DNA of 64,000 nucleotides from Pseudolabrys sp. (GTDB lineage: Bacteria; Pseudomonadota; Alphaproteobacteria; Rhizobiales; Xanthobacteraceae), in NCBI RefSeq assembly GCF_050185995.1, contig NZ_JBFWYW010000005.1. One strand, written 5' to 3'. A model generated the notes under the pieces. That model was not told the DNA's origin. It worked only from the letters and a program-made list of their open reading frames with translations, and ran no database searches. Shown here piece after piece: positions 9,401 through 19,782 of the stretch (positions are counted from its first letter, which is position 1; each line of letters starts with the position of its first letter). The translations under genes were made by a program, and so were the position numbers.

Positions 9401-9904
9401 GCGACCGCGGGCCGCGTCGCCGCCACGGTCGTCTCGCGCGTGGAGCGGCGCACGCGGATGGGCACCAAGATGGGCATCATCGGCCTGTCGGACCCGACCG
9501 GCCATTTCGAGGCAGTGGTGTTTTCCGAAGGCCTCGCCGAATACCGCGAGCGGCTGGAGCCGGGTTCGGCGGTGCTGCTGTTCCTGTCGGCGGAAGTGCA
9601 GGGCGACGAGGTGCGCGCCCGCATCCAGTCGGTCGAGCCGCTCGATGCGGCGGCCGCCAACATCCAGAAGAGCCTGCGGGTCTTCCTGAAGGACGAGAAA
9701 CCGCTCGACGCGGTGGCCAAGCGCCTCGAGCCGGCGCGCAACGGCCGCGCGGCGGCCAACGGCGACGGCGAAGTCACCATGATCCTGATGATCGACCAGA
9801 TGACCGAGGTCGAGGTGCGCCTGCCAGGCCGCTTCAAGGTCTCGCCGCAGATCGCCGGCGCGATCAAGGCGGTGCCGGGCGTCGTTCAGGTCGAGGCGGT
9901 TTGA
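6413..9904 (+). CDS. dnaE: DNA polymerase III alpha subunit
   Basis: PHP domain FVHLHVHSSYSLLEG, GPGRGSGAGS, MPDFDVDF, KFDFLGL, YGFNKSH; GTG start; no intein-sized insertion. Confidence 0.97.
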   Translation: MAKSEVSSPDFVHLHVHSSYSLLEGALTIGRLAELAKADRQPALALTDTDNMFGVLEFSEKMAGSGIQPIVGCALAVDFGDFDKNGHNGGRNGAPTHAPDHGRIVLLAAREAGYRSLMRLNSRAFLETPSNERPHIKLVWLDGESDGLIALTGGLSGPLNAAIAAGQPQLAAQRLAALQALFGDRLYVELQRHNMEAERAAEAALIELAYANGIPLVATNEPFFAKQSDYEAHDALICIAQGRMVAETDRRQLTPEYRFKTRAEMVALFADLPEAIESTVEIARRCAFRPKTHKPILPRFATGEGDAADEASELRKRAEDGLAKRIAAHGLAPGETEQSYRERLDFEIAVIERMKYPGYFLIVADFIQWAKAQGIPVGPGRGSGAGSLVAYALTITDLDPIRFGLLFERFLNPERVSMPDFDVDFCQDRRDEVIRYVQERYGRDQVAQIITFGTLQARGVLRDVGRVLQMPYGQVDKLCKLVPQNPAAPISLKQAIESEPKLQAERDAEPVVKRAFDIATKLEGLNRHASTHAAGIVIADRPLAELVPLYRDPKSDMPVTQFNMKWVEQAGLVKFDFLGLKTLTVLQTAVKLVKRRGIDIDLAAIPLDDAKTYELLAKAEAVGVFQLESAGMRRALLDMRPDRFEDIIALVALYRPGPMANIPTYCARKHNLEKPDYIHPKLETVLRETFGVIVYQEQVMQAAQILAGYSLGQADLLRRAMGKKIRSEMQAQRKDFVEGCVARSIDRSQADAIFDLLERFAEYGFNKSHAAAYALVAYQTAYMKANYPVEFIAASMTLDMGNTDKLSEFRAEAERLGITVAPPSVNRSDVTFEVEGNTIIYALAALKGVGTQAVEAVVAARQQGPFKDLADFVSRINPRAVNKRVLESLAAAGAFDTLEDNRARVFGAVDMLLSRAQRAHETAAVGQSELFGGSGGASEGLPLPSVEPWLPAERLRREYEAIGFFLSGHPLDDYVEVLKRMRVQSWAEFSKAVKAGATAGRVAATVVSRVERRTRMGTKMGIIGLSDPTGHFEAVVFSEGLAEYRERLEPGSAVLLFLSAEVQGDEVRARIQSVEPLDAAAANIQKSLRVFLKDEKPLDAVAKRLEPARNGRAAANGDGEVTMILMIDQMTEVEVRLPGRFKVSPQIAGAIKAVPGVVQVEAV

Positions 9905-9992
9905 CATCGCGCCGTCGTAACGGTTCGCTTGTCACCGGAGCCGTTCGCTTTGCGGACGGCCGTCCCATGCAGGCAAAGGAAGACGAAGGCGC

Positions 9993-11843
9993 GTGACCGA
10001 GATCATGGCAAACCACTGGCTTGACCGGCCGGTCGATTCCGAGCGCGATCACACGCTCGGCGTTGCCAATGCGCCGATCACGCTGGTCGAATACGGCAGC
10101 TATGCTTGTCCCTATTGCCGGGCCGCCAACGCGCGCATCGAGCAGGTGCGCGACGATCTCGGCGACCGGCTGCGCTATGTCTTTCGCCACCGCCCGATTA
10201 CCGGCAGCGAGCTGGCGCGCCGCGCCGCCGAGCTCGTCGAGCGCACCGACAATGCCGAGCAGTTCTGGACCGCGCATATCACGCTGATGACACGCTCGGA
10301 GACGCTGACCGAGGACGACCTCATCGTCGCCGCGCGCGAGGCCGGGCTTCCGCTGACGACGGACAGCGACGTTGCGGAACGCGCCGCCGCGCGTGTCGAT
10401 GCCGACATCAAAAGTTCACGGGCAAGCGGTGTGGCCATCACGCCGACTTTCTTCATCAACAGCCGTCGTTATGACGGCCCGTGGGACGAGGCGTCGTTCT
10501 CCGATGCGATCCTCGGCACGCTCGGCCATCGCGTGCGCGCGGCGGCGCTCGATTTCGCGACCTGGGCGCCGTCGGCCGGCGTCCTGCTGATGGTCACTAC
10601 GCTCCTGGCGATTGCGCTGATGAATTCGCCGATGGCGGCAGGGTTCGAGGAGTTCTGGAAACAGTATCTCGGTATCAGCGTCGGCGATGCCGCGTTCCGC
10701 CTGTCGCTGCTTCACTGGATCAATGACGGGTTGCTGACGATTTTCTTTCTTGTCGTCGGCCTCGAGATCAAACGCGAATTCACGGTCGGTCATCTTGCCG
10801 GCCTGCGCCCGGCGGCGTTGCCGATCGCAGCGGCGATCGGCGGCATGGTCGTGCCGGCTGCGCTTTATATCCAACTGATCCCGGCCGGCGTCTGGTCGCA
10901 CGGCTGGGGTATTCCGATGGCGACCGATACGGCCTTCGCTATCGCGCTGATCGCGATGCTGGGCCGCCGCGTACCCGTGGGACTGCGCATCTTTTTAACT
11001 GCCGCGGCGATTGTCGACGATATCGGGGCGATCGGCGTGGTCGCGGTGTTCTATTCGGGCGAATTGCACCTCGGCTATCTCGGCGGTGCGGCCCTCTGCC
11101 TCGTCCTGCTCGCATCGCTCAACCGGGGACGGGTCTACAACGTCACGCCCTATATCCTGGTCGGCGTCATGCTGTGGGCTTGTGTCCACGCCAGCGGTCT
11201 GCACGCAACGCTCGCGGGTGTTCTGCTGGCCTTGTTCATTCCGACGCGGCCGCCCGCCAATCTCGACGCGCTGATGATCCAGGCGAACACCATCGTCGCG
11301 GCGGAGGCCAAACGCGCCGGTGAGGTGCTGCGCAGCGGTCCCTCGACGCCGGCGCTGCGCGCGCTCGATGCGATCCACGATCGTATCGAATCTCCCGCCG
11401 CGCGGCTGCTGCGCCATGCCGGCGCCCGTTCGAGCTACCTGGTGCTGCCGTTGTTCGCCTTCGCCAATGCCGGTGTGTCGATCCGCACCGACGTCATGGC
11501 GGGACACGAGCCGTTGATGCTTGCCATCATCGCCGGTCTCCTGGTCGGCAAGCCGGTCGGCTTCATCTGCTTCTCCGCACTGGCGGTGTGGCTGCGGCTT
11601 GCGACCAAACCGGAGGATTATTCGTGGTGGCAGCTTGCCGGGGCGGGCGCGCTCGCCGGCATCGGCTTTACGATGTCGCTGTTCATCGCAGGGCAGGCGT
11701 TCCCGACGGCGGCGGACTTCGCCTCGGCCAAGATCGCGGTCTTTGCCGCCTCGATCCTGTCGGCGATCCTCGGCTGTGTGATCCTCTGGAAGGCCGGGGC
11801 GCCGGCCGATTCCCCGGCGGAAGCCGCCGCGAGGCCGGCCTGA
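9993..11843 (+). CDS. nhaA: Na+/H+ antiporter NhaA with N-terminal DsbA/thioredoxin-fold domain
   Basis: N-terminal EYGSYACPYC, RYVFRH and ITPTFFIN. NhaA motifs WINDGL, GLEIKRE, ATDTAFA, IVDDIGA, GKPVG and AGIGFTMSLFI. Start is GTG 9993 or ATG 10005. Confidence 0.9.
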   Translation: MTEIMANHWLDRPVDSERDHTLGVANAPITLVEYGSYACPYCRAANARIEQVRDDLGDRLRYVFRHRPITGSELARRAAELVERTDNAEQFWTAHITLMTRSETLTEDDLIVAAREAGLPLTTDSDVAERAAARVDADIKSSRASGVAITPTFFINSRRYDGPWDEASFSDAILGTLGHRVRAAALDFATWAPSAGVLLMVTTLLAIALMNSPMAAGFEEFWKQYLGISVGDAAFRLSLLHWINDGLLTIFFLVVGLEIKREFTVGHLAGLRPAALPIAAAIGGMVVPAALYIQLIPAGVWSHGWGIPMATDTAFAIALIAMLGRRVPVGLRIFLTAAAIVDDIGAIGVVAVFYSGELHLGYLGGAALCLVLLASLNRGRVYNVTPYILVGVMLWACVHASGLHATLAGVLLALFIPTRPPANLDALMIQANTIVAAEAKRAGEVLRSGPSTPALRALDAIHDRIESPAARLLRHAGARSSYLVLPLFAFANAGVSIRTDVMAGHEPLMLAIIAGLLVGKPVGFICFSALAVWLRLATKPEDYSWWQLAGAGALAGIGFTMSLFIAGQAFPTAADFASAKIAVFAASILSAILGCVILWKAGAPADSPAEAAARPA

Positions 11844-11892
11844 CGAGCCTTAAGCTCCTCGGATTCCTTAAAAAATCCTCCCGGCCTGCGCC

Positions 11893-11921
11893 TTGCGCCG
11901 GCCGGGTCCGCCCTCTATAAG
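11893..11921 (+). promoter_or_regulatory. rpsB-tsf sigma70 promoter
   Basis: TTGCGC (11893-11898), 17 nt, TATAAG (11916-11921). Confidence 0.7.
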
Positions 11922-11927
11922 ACCGCC

Positions 11928-12041
11928 CATCACTCACGCGGGTTTTGGCTGCCGCCCCGACAATGGGCGATCCAGCCGTCCGGTGGCCTCTTCATCCCGA
12001 ACAGGCCCACAGACCCGCGGCGGACCAACCGGAGAAGACGA
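11928..12041 (+). ncRNA. Structured rpsB 5' leader (t44/S2 autoregulatory leader-like)
   Basis: Long leader closed by the CGCGGGT (11937-11943)/ACCCGCG (12013-12019) helix, followed by GGCGGACCAACCGG before the SD. rpsB leaders are known S2-regulated RNAs. Confidence 0.6.
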
Positions 12042-13037
12042 ATGGCGCTTCCTGACTACTCGATGCGTCAGCTTTTGGAAGCTGGCGTGCACTTTGGCCA
12101 TCAGGCCCACCGCTGGAACCCGAAGATGGGCGATTACATCTTTGGCGTCCGCAACAACATTCACATCATCGACCTCGCGCAGACCGTGCCGATGCTGCAT
12201 CAGGCGCTGCAGGCCGTGAGCGACACCGTCGCCAAGGGCGGCCGCATCCTGTTCGTCGGCACCAAGCGCCAGGCGCAGGACGTCGTCGCCGATGCCGCCA
12301 AGCGCTGTGCGCAGTATTACGTCAACTCGCGCTGGCTCGGCGGCACGCTGACCAACTGGAAGACGATCTCCGGTTCGATCGCACGGCTGCGTAAGCTCGA
12401 GGAAATGCTCGGCTCGAACGAAGCCGGCGGCTACACCAAGAAAGAGCGCCTGACCATGCAGCGCGAGCGCGACAAGCTCGACCGCGCGCTCGGCGGCATC
12501 AAGGACATGGGCGGCGTTCCCGATCTCCTGTTCGTGATCGACACCAATAAGGAAGACATCGCGATCAAGGAGGCCAAGCGCCTCAACATCCCGGTTGCCG
12601 CGATCGTCGACACCAATTGCGATCCGGCCAACATCAACTTTATCGTTCCGGGCAATGACGACGCGAGCCGTGCGCTCGCGCTCTATTGCGATCTGATCGC
12701 CAAGGCGGCGATCGACGGCATCTCGCGCGCTCAGGGCGAAGCCGGCGTCGATCTCGGCGCGGCCGAAAAGCCGGTCGAGGAAGCCGTTCCTGCCAAGAGC
12801 GAGGACGCCGCCGGCTACGAGCCGCTGCCGGGTCCGCGCGGTGTGGCCGACGATCTCAAGAAGCTGCCGGGCGTTTCGCCGGCGGTCGAGAAGAAGCTCA
12901 ACGACCTCGGCATCTTCCACTTCACGCAGGTCGCCGAGTTCAACGATACCGCGAAGCATTATGTCGGCGAGCAGGTCGGCTTGCCCGGTCGTGTCGATGG
13001 CTGGGTCAACAAGGCGAAAGAGCTGACCGCGGAGTGA
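12042..13037 (+). CDS. rpsB: 30S ribosomal protein S2 with C-terminal extra domain
   Basis: [24 protein letters not shown] and IVDTNCDP motifs; extra ~65-aa domain [25 protein letters not shown]. Confidence 0.97.
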   Translation: MALPDYSMRQLLEAGVHFGHQAHRWNPKMGDYIFGVRNNIHIIDLAQTVPMLHQALQAVSDTVAKGGRILFVGTKRQAQDVVADAAKRCAQYYVNSRWLGGTLTNWKTISGSIARLRKLEEMLGSNEAGGYTKKERLTMQRERDKLDRALGGIKDMGGVPDLLFVIDTNKEDIAIKEAKRLNIPVAAIVDTNCDPANINFIVPGNDDASRALALYCDLIAKAAIDGISRAQGEAGVDLGAAEKPVEEAVPAKSEDAAGYEPLPGPRGVADDLKKLPGVSPAVEKKLNDLGIFHFTQVAEFNDTAKHYVGEQVGLPGRVDGWVNKAKELTAE

Positions 13038-13073
13038 TCCGCGGCCGACGCACTCGAGTTTGAGGAAAGACTG

Positions 13074-13997
13074 ATGGCCAATATCACCGCTCAGATGGTC
13101 AAGGATCTGCGTGATTCCACCGGCGCCGGCATGATGGACTGCAAGGCGGCGCTGACCGAGACCAATGGCGACATGGAGGCGGCGCAGGACTGGCTGCGCA
13201 AGAAGGGGCTGTCGAAGGCCGCGAAGAAGGCCGGCCGCGTCGCGGCCGAGGGCCTGATCGGCATTTCGGTGCGCGGACCCAAGGGCACGATGGTGGAGGT
13301 GAACTCCGAAACCGACTTCGTGTCGCGCAACGACATGTTCCAGGGTCTCGTCAAGATGATCGCCGACGTCGCGCAGTCGGCCGGCACCGATGTCGAGACA
13401 ATCAGGCAGGCGAAAGCCGGCAGCGTCACCGTCGAGACGGCGATTGCCGATTCGATCGCCAAGATCGGCGAGAACATGACGTTGCGCCGCGCCGCCGAGC
13501 TATCGGTGAGCAAGGGTGCGATCGGCTCCTATGTTCACAACTCGGTCTCGGACGGCCTCGGCAAGATCGGCGTGATGGTCGGTCTGGAATCGACCGGCGA
13601 TGCCGGCGAGCTGACCGCGCTCGGCCGCATGATCGCGATGCACATCGCCGCGGCGAACCCGCAGGCGCTCGACGCCTCCGGGCTCGATCCGGCGGTGGTC
13701 GCGCGCGAGAAGGACGTGCTGGCCGACAAGTTCCGCCAGCAGGGCAAGCCGGCCAACGTGATCGAGAAGATCGTCGAGTCGGGCCTCAAGACCTTCTACA
13801 AGGAGGTCACGCTGATCGAGCAGGCTTTCGTGCACGATCCGGGCAAGACGGTCGCCCAGGCCGTGAAAGAAGCGGAGGGCAAGGTCGGCGCCCCGGTCAA
13901 AATCACCGGCTTTGTGCGCTATGCTCTCGGCGAGGGAATCGAGAAGCAGCAGAGCGATTTCGCCGCCGAAGTCGCGGCCGCGGCGGGGCAGGGCTAA
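13074..13997 (+). CDS. tsf: Elongation factor Ts
   Basis: [16 protein letters not shown] and EVNSETDFV. Confidence 0.97.
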   Translation: MANITAQMVKDLRDSTGAGMMDCKAALTETNGDMEAAQDWLRKKGLSKAAKKAGRVAAEGLIGISVRGPKGTMVEVNSETDFVSRNDMFQGLVKMIADVAQSAGTDVETIRQAKAGSVTVETAIADSIAKIGENMTLRRAAELSVSKGAIGSYVHNSVSDGLGKIGVMVGLESTGDAGELTALGRMIAMHIAAANPQALDASGLDPAVVAREKDVLADKFRQQGKPANVIEKIVESGLKTFYKEVTLIEQAFVHDPGKTVAQAVKEAEGKVGAPVKITGFVRYALGEGIEKQQSDFAAEVAAAAGQG

Positions 13998-14098
13998 GGC
14001 TTTCCGGGCCGGACACTCACGCTCCGCGCGGCGGGTTTGCCCGCCGCGACGCAGCCGAACGCGAGCGGCAATGCCGTTGGCCGGGAGGGCCGCACGCG

Positions 14099-14824
14099 AT
14101 GACAGGTTCGGGGACCAAGAGCCCGCTATACCGGCGCGCCATCGTCAAGATTTCCGGCGAGGCGCTCAGTGCCAACGGCGTCAGCATCGATCAGCCGACC
14201 GTCGATCGTATCGCCAGGGATCTGGTGGCCGCGACCAAGACCGGCGTCGAGATCGGCGTCGTGGTCGGCGGCGGCAATATTTTTCGGGGCGTCGAGGTTT
14301 CTGCGCGCGGCGTGTCGCGTCCTGTCGGCGACACCATGGGCATGCTCGCCACCGTGATGAACTGCCTCGCGCTGGAAGCTGCGATCGAGAAGGCCGGCTG
14401 CGAAGCGCGCACGCTGTCGGCGCTCGCGATGACGGCGGTATGCGAAACCTACAATCGCAAGCGCGCGATCAAGAATCTGAGCAAGGGCCGCGTCGTTCTG
14501 CTCGCCGCCGGCACGGGCAATCCCTATTTCACCACCGACACCACTGCCGTCCTGCGCGCGGCGGAACTCGACGCCGACGTCGTTCTCAAGGCCACCAATG
14601 TCGATGGCGTCTACACCGCGGACCCCAAAAAAGACGCGAAAGCCACCCGCTACGATCGGATCAGCCATCAGGAGGCTTTGGAGAAGGGCCTGCGGGTCAT
14701 GGATGCCACGGCCTTCGCGCTTGCTCGCGAAAACGGGACGCCTATCATCGTGTTTTCCATCGGTGAGGTGGGTGCGATCGAGGCGGTTTTGCGCGGGAAG
14801 GGGCGAGCGACCACCGTCAGCTAG
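14099..14824 (+). CDS. pyrH: UMP kinase
   Basis: [28 protein letters not shown] and VMDATA. Confidence 0.96.
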   Translation: MTGSGTKSPLYRRAIVKISGEALSANGVSIDQPTVDRIARDLVAATKTGVEIGVVVGGGNIFRGVEVSARGVSRPVGDTMGMLATVMNCLALEAAIEKAGCEARTLSALAMTAVCETYNRKRAIKNLSKGRVVLLAAGTGNPYFTTDTTAVLRAAELDADVVLKATNVDGVYTADPKKDAKATRYDRISHQEALEKGLRVMDATAFALARENGTPIIVFSIGEVGAIEAVLRGKGRATTVS

Positions 14825-14919
14825 CGCACGAGACTGGATACCACACGGGCTCCGCGTTGCCCGACGCCGCCAAGCCGCAGGCTTGCAACACGGGTTGCAC
14901 GCGATTTCGGAGAAAAGAC

Positions 14920-15483
14920 ATGGCCAACGCCACCCATAATCTTGAGGACATCAAGCGCCGCATGCAGGGCGCTATTGCATCGCTGAAGACGGAACTGTCG
15001 GGTCTTCGCACCGGGCGCGCCTCGCCGCACATGCTCGATCCGGTGCAGGTCGATGCCTACGGTTCGCCGATGCCGCTCAATCAGGTGTCGACGGTGACGG
15101 TTCCGGAACCTCGCATGATGGCGGTCAATGTGTGGGACAAATCGCTGGTGCATGCGGTCGAGAAGGCGATCGTCGCCGCCAATCTCGGCCTCACCCCGGC
15201 GACCGAGGGGCAGGTGATCCGCTTGCGCATTCCCGAATTGAACGAGGAACGGCGCAAGGAGCTTGTGAAGCTCGCGCATAAATACGCCGAAGCCGCGCGC
15301 GTCGCGGTCCGGCACGTCCGGCGCGACGGCATGGACGTCGTCAAGAAGCTGGAAAAGGATCACGCCATCGGCAAGGACGAGCACGACAAGTTCTCGGCCG
15401 ACATCCAGAAGGCGACGGACCAGATGATCGCGGAAGTCGATACCGTCCTCGCCGGCAAAGAGAAGGAGATCCTCACGGTTTGA
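14920..15483 (+). CDS. frr: Ribosome recycling factor
   Basis: [34 protein letters not shown] and IRHVRRD-like motif; start moved to ATG 14920. Confidence 0.96.
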   Translation: MANATHNLEDIKRRMQGAIASLKTELSGLRTGRASPHMLDPVQVDAYGSPMPLNQVSTVTVPEPRMMAVNVWDKSLVHAVEKAIVAANLGLTPATEGQVIRLRIPELNEERRKELVKLAHKYAEAARVAVRHVRRDGMDVVKKLEKDHAIGKDEHDKFSADIQKATDQMIAEVDTVLAGKEKEILTV

Positions 15484-15494
15484 GGATCACGCCG

Positions 15495-16250
15495 ATGCCT
15501 GACGCCGGTGCACCGCAGCTCTCCACGCCGAAAGGTCCGGCGCCGCGTCACGTCGCCATCATCATGGACGGCAACGGCCGTTGGGCGGCCGCGCGCGGAC
15601 TGCCGCGGGCGGAAGGCCATCGCCGCGGCGTCGAGGCGATCCGGCGCGCGGTGCGCGCGGCGGGCGAACTCGGCATTCGATATCTCACCGTTTTTTCCTT
15701 CAGTTCGGAGAACTGGACTCGGCCCGCCGCGGAGATCAGCGAATTGATGGGGCTGCTTCGCCGTTTCGTGCGCAACGATCTCGCCGATCTTCATGCCAAC
15801 AATGTGCGCGTTCGCATCGTCGGCGAGCGCGAAGGCTTGACGGCCGACATCGCGCGCCTGCTGGTCGAGGCCGAGGATCTGACGCGCGGCAACACCGGCC
15901 TGACGCTGGTGGTTGCCTTCAACTACGGCGCCCGCCAGGAAATCGTGCGTGCCGCGCAGCGTGCCGCGCAGGCCGTCGCGCGTGGTGAAATGGCGGCGGA
16001 AGACATCGATCTTGAGTCCTTCGCCGCGCTGCTCGACATGCCCGATCTGCCGGACCCCGATCTCATCATCCGCACCAGTGGCGAACAACGGCTGTCGAAT
16101 TTTCTGTTGTGGCAATCGGCCTACAGCGAGTTGGTGTTCATTCCGACCTACTGGCCGGATTTCGATCGCGCCGCGCTTGAGCAGGCAATCGATGAGTTTC
16201 ACCGTCGCGAGCGCCGCTTCGGCGGCCTCGTCGCGCAGACCGGCTCCTGA
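15495..16250 (+). CDS. uppS: Undecaprenyl diphosphate synthase
   Basis: [32 protein letters not shown] and [22 protein letters not shown]. Confidence 0.96.
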   Translation: MPDAGAPQLSTPKGPAPRHVAIIMDGNGRWAAARGLPRAEGHRRGVEAIRRAVRAAGELGIRYLTVFSFSSENWTRPAAEISELMGLLRRFVRNDLADLHANNVRVRIVGEREGLTADIARLLVEAEDLTRGNTGLTLVVAFNYGARQEIVRAAQRAAQAVARGEMAAEDIDLESFAALLDMPDLPDPDLIIRTSGEQRLSNFLLWQSAYSELVFIPTYWPDFDRAALEQAIDEFHRRERRFGGLVAQTGS

Positions 16251-16254
16251 GCCC

Positions 16255-17127
16255 GTGGGACCGTCCGATCCCGCATCGAATGCCGGGGCATCGGGTTTGC
16301 CGCGCGCGGGCCGGCGCTCCAATCTTATTCTGCGTATCTTATCCGCTGCCGTGCTGGCGCCGATTGCGCTGGCTGCCGCTTATTTCGGCGGCTGGCCGTT
16401 TGCGGCGTTCTGGTTTGCCGCCGCAGCACTCGTGCTGTGGGAGTGGTTGTCGCTCACCGACGCGCGGTCGAGCAAGTTTTTGTTTCCATCCGTGGCGGCG
16501 GGCCTCGCAGTCGCCGCCGTGATCGCGGAGTGGCACCGGCCGATCACCGCGAGTCTCGTCGTCTTGCTCGGCGTCTTCGCCGTGGCGGTCTTCGCGCCGT
16601 CCGCGCGCCGGCGTTGGATGATGGCGGGCGTTGCCTATGCCGGTGCGCTGCTGGTTGCGCCGATCATGTTACGCAGCGATCCGGCGCTTGGAGTGTTCGC
16701 GATTGCTTTTCTGTTCGGTGTTGTTTGGGCGACCGACATTCTGGGTTATTTTGCCGGCCGTGCTATCGGCGGGCCGAAGCTCGCGCCGGCGATCAGTCCG
16801 GGCAAGACCTGGGCCGGCGCCTTCGGGGGCACCTGCGGCGCGGTCGTGGTTGCCTATGTCGGCAGCCGCTACGCGGGCATCGATACCGATCCCGGCGCGC
16901 TGATGATGGTGGCGATTGTGCTCTCCGTCATCGCGCAGGGCGGCGATCTGCTGGAATCGTGGATCAAGCGGCAGTTCGACGCGAAGGATGCAGGGACCAC
17001 CATTCCCGGTCATGGCGGCGTGATGGATCGCCTCGACGGCTTCTGGGCCGCCGCTCTCGTCGCGATGCTGATCGGAATTCTTCGCGGCGGCATCGACGCG
17101 CCGGCACAGGGGCTCCTGCTGTGGTGA
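16255..17127 (+). CDS. cdsA: Phosphatidate cytidylyltransferase
   Basis: [32 protein letters not shown] and [12 protein letters not shown]; start approximate (GTG 16255). Confidence 0.92.
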   Translation: MGPSDPASNAGASGLPRAGRRSNLILRILSAAVLAPIALAAAYFGGWPFAAFWFAAAALVLWEWLSLTDARSSKFLFPSVAAGLAVAAVIAEWHRPITASLVVLLGVFAVAVFAPSARRRWMMAGVAYAGALLVAPIMLRSDPALGVFAIAFLFGVVWATDILGYFAGRAIGGPKLAPAISPGKTWAGAFGGTCGAVVVAYVGSRYAGIDTDPGALMMVAIVLSVIAQGGDLLESWIKRQFDAKDAGTTIPGHGGVMDRLDGFWAAALVAMLIGILRGGIDAPAQGLLLW

Positions 17128-17146
17128 GATCGGGAGCGCATCGATC

Positions 17147-18373
17147 ATGAATGTCGCGAATCTTGCGCGCGCAAAAAGTGAGCCGGCGAAGGGGACACGG
17201 TCGATCACCATTCTCGGCGCCACCGGATCGATCGGCGCCAGCACCGTCGATCTGTTGCGAGCCAACCGCGAACGCTTCCGGGTCGAAGCCGTCAGCGCAG
17301 GCCGCAACGCGGCGCAGCTCGCCCGGCTGGCGCGCGATCTCGGCGCCCGCTTTGCGGCGATCGCGGAGCCGGCGCTTTACAAGGAGCTGAAGGACGAACT
17401 CGGCGCATCCGGCATCGAGGCCGCCGCCGGCGCCGATGCGCAGGTTGAGGCCGCGCAGCGCCCGGCGGACTGGGTGATGGCGGCGATCAGCGGCGCGATG
17501 GGCTTGCGCCCGACGCTCGCGGCGATCGAGCGCGGCGCGACGGTTGCCCTGGCCAACAAGGAGTCGCTCGTTTGTGCCGGCGGCCTGTTCATGCGGCGCG
17601 CGCAGGCAACGCGCGCGACGGTGCTTCCGGTCGATTCCGAGCACAATGCGATTTTTCAGTCGCTGTCCTCCGGCACGCATGCGGAGGTGAGGCGCATCGT
17701 CCTCACCGCGTCGGGCGGGCCGTTTCGCGGCTGGACCGCGGAGGCCATTCGCGCGGCGACGCCTGAACAGGCGCTCCAGCACCCCAACTGGTCGATGGGC
17801 CCGAAAGTGACGATCGATTCCGCGAGCCTGATGAACAAAGGTCTCGAACTGATCGAGGCGCATCACCTGTTCGGCCTGCCGTCCGCGAAGATCGACGTGC
17901 TGGTGCATCCGCAGTCGGCGGTGCACGGGCTTGTGGAATTTCAGGACGGCTCGGTGGTCGCACAGCTGGGCGCGCCCGATATGCGCATTCCGATCGCCCA
18001 TTGCCTGTCCTGGCCGCAGCGCATGGAGACATCGGCGCCGCGGCTCGATCTTGCGCAGCTCGGCGCGTTAACCTTCGAAGCACCTGATCTCGCGCGCTTT
18101 CCGGCGCTCGCTCTGGCGCGCGGCGCGCTCGAGGCCGGCGGCGGCGCGCCGACGGTGCTGAATGCGGCCGATGAGGTTGCCGTTGCGGCGTTTCTTGACC
18201 GCCGGATTGGTTTTCCCGGTATTTCCGCGCTGGTCGGCGCCGTTCTTGAGGCCGCAGCCCGGAAAGGGGCAATGGCAGAACCCGACAGCGTCGAGGCCGC
18301 TATCGCCGTTGACCATAATGCAAGATTAATGGCCGCCGACCTCTTGCCCGAAATCGCCGCAAAGGCATCCTAG
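17147..18373 (+). CDS. dxr: 1-deoxy-D-xylulose-5-phosphate reductoisomerase
   Basis: [36 protein letters not shown] and [15 protein letters not shown]. Confidence 0.97.
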   Translation: MNVANLARAKSEPAKGTRSITILGATGSIGASTVDLLRANRERFRVEAVSAGRNAAQLARLARDLGARFAAIAEPALYKELKDELGASGIEAAAGADAQVEAAQRPADWVMAAISGAMGLRPTLAAIERGATVALANKESLVCAGGLFMRRAQATRATVLPVDSEHNAIFQSLSSGTHAEVRRIVLTASGGPFRGWTAEAIRAATPEQALQHPNWSMGPKVTIDSASLMNKGLELIEAHHLFGLPSAKIDVLVHPQSAVHGLVEFQDGSVVAQLGAPDMRIPIAHCLSWPQRMETSAPRLDLAQLGALTFEAPDLARFPALALARGALEAGGGAPTVLNAADEVAVAAFLDRRIGFPGISALVGAVLEAAARKGAMAEPDSVEAAIAVDHNARLMAADLLPEIAAKAS

Positions 18374-18421
18374 TGGTATTAACGGTTTGGAAACCACGCG
18401 GCGGCGGGCGGGAGTAGTGTC

Positions 18422-19573
18422 ATGAGTATCGATCTGTTGGGCGGCATTTCCGCCCTTGGGGGTGGAATCGTGAGCTACATCGTTCCGTTCCTGTTTGTCC
18501 TGACGATTGTCGTCTTTTTCCATGAGCTGGGTCATTTCCTGGTCGCGCGCTGGTGCGGGATCAAGGTGCTGGCTTTCTCGATCGGCTTCGGACCGGAGCT
18601 GATCGGCTTCAACGACCGTCACGGCACCCGCTGGAAGATCGCCGCCATTCCGCTCGGCGGCTATGTGAAGTTCCTCGGCGATGACAACGCGGCGAGCGCG
18701 CCGGATCAGGAAGCGCTGGCGACGATGTCGGAGCAGGACCGCAAGGTAAGCTTTGCCGCCCAGCCGGTCGCCTCGCGCGCGGCGGTCGTCGCGGCAGGTC
18801 CGATCGCGAATTTCCTGCTGGCGATTGCGATTTTCGGCGGCGTTTTCATGGTGTTCGGCAAGCAGACGACGACCGCGCGGGTCGACACCGTTGTGGCCGG
18901 CAGCGCGGCGGAGACGGCCGGGTTCAAGCCGGGCGACCTCGTCGTCTCGATCAACGGCAGCAAGATCGACAGCTTCAACGACATGCAGCGGATCGTCAGC
19001 GTCAGCGCCGGTGAGTCTCTGAACATCGGCATCGAGCGGGACGGCGCGCTGACCACGTTGAAGGCGACCCCGGCGCTCAAGGAAATGAAAGACAGCTTCG
19101 GCAACGTCCACCGTCTGGGCGTGCTCGGCATCAGCCGGTCGATGGCTCCGGGCGATATCCGCACCGAATCGGTCGGTCCGATCCGTGCGCTGGGCCTCGG
19201 GGTCAGCGAAACCTGGTTCGTGATCGACCGCACCATGACCTACATCGCCGGGATTTTCGCCGGCCGGGAGGCGGCCGATCAGCTCGGCGGCCCGATTCGC
19301 ATTGCTCAGGTCTCAGGGCAGGTTGCGACCGCCGGCTTCGGGGCGCTGATCCATCTGGCTGCGGTTCTGTCGGTCTCGATCGGTCTTCTGAACCTGTTCC
19401 CGATTCCCTTGCTCGATGGTGGGCACCTTTTGTTCTACGGAATCGAGGCTGCGCGCGGCCGCCCGCTGTCCGAACGGGCCCAGGAAATGGGCTTTCGCAT
19501 CGGTCTGGCCGTGGTCGTGATGTTGATGATTTTTGCAACCTTTAATGACATCGTTCATCTGGCGACGTCTTGA
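18422..19573 (+). CDS. rseP: RIP metalloprotease RseP
   Basis: HELGH zinc motif, PDZ domain, NLFPIPLLDGGH. Confidence 0.95.
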   Translation: MSIDLLGGISALGGGIVSYIVPFLFVLTIVVFFHELGHFLVARWCGIKVLAFSIGFGPELIGFNDRHGTRWKIAAIPLGGYVKFLGDDNAASAPDQEALATMSEQDRKVSFAAQPVASRAAVVAAGPIANFLLAIAIFGGVFMVFGKQTTTARVDTVVAGSAAETAGFKPGDLVVSINGSKIDSFNDMQRIVSVSAGESLNIGIERDGALTTLKATPALKEMKDSFGNVHRLGVLGISRSMAPGDIRTESVGPIRALGLGVSETWFVIDRTMTYIAGIFAGREAADQLGGPIRIAQVSGQVATAGFGALIHLAAVLSVSIGLLNLFPIPLLDGGHLLFYGIEAARGRPLSERAQEMGFRIGLAVVVMLMIFATFNDIVHLATS

Positions 19574-19782
19574 GCGCTGGCTTGAACGGCGTTCGGAGCG
19601 TTGCCGAACGGACACTTTGAAGGGGGAAACTCAGTTTTCCCCGACGAAAAGTTGCCGTTATGGCGGGAAGATCGGTTGCACTGCCTTGAAAACGCTGTAA
19701 AAAGTGTCGAAAGCTTGCCCAGAATTCAGCAGAATCCGCGGCAGGGGTCGGCGGCCGTAAGGGTCAATAGGGCGCGTTTCGC

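Noticed and set aside
6875-9907. 1010-aa antisense ORF opposite dnaE, and similar long shadow ORFs (19792-22554, 52526-54676, 29857-31587, 3725-5299)
   Set aside because: They mirror well-supported genes codon for codon, as expected from high GC3 bias, and show no recognisable motifs.
9905-9992. Possible nhaA-associated (Li+/Na+) or fluoride riboswitch; 12-bp palindrome GGACGGCCGTCC at 9954-9965
   Set aside because: I cannot recognise the consensus by eye and the palindrome is unremarkable at this GC content; only a covariance-model search could settle it.
14027-14048. 9-bp hairpin between tsf and pyrH
   Set aside because: No U-tract and no other copies seen; probably an ordinary mRNA-stabilising stem.
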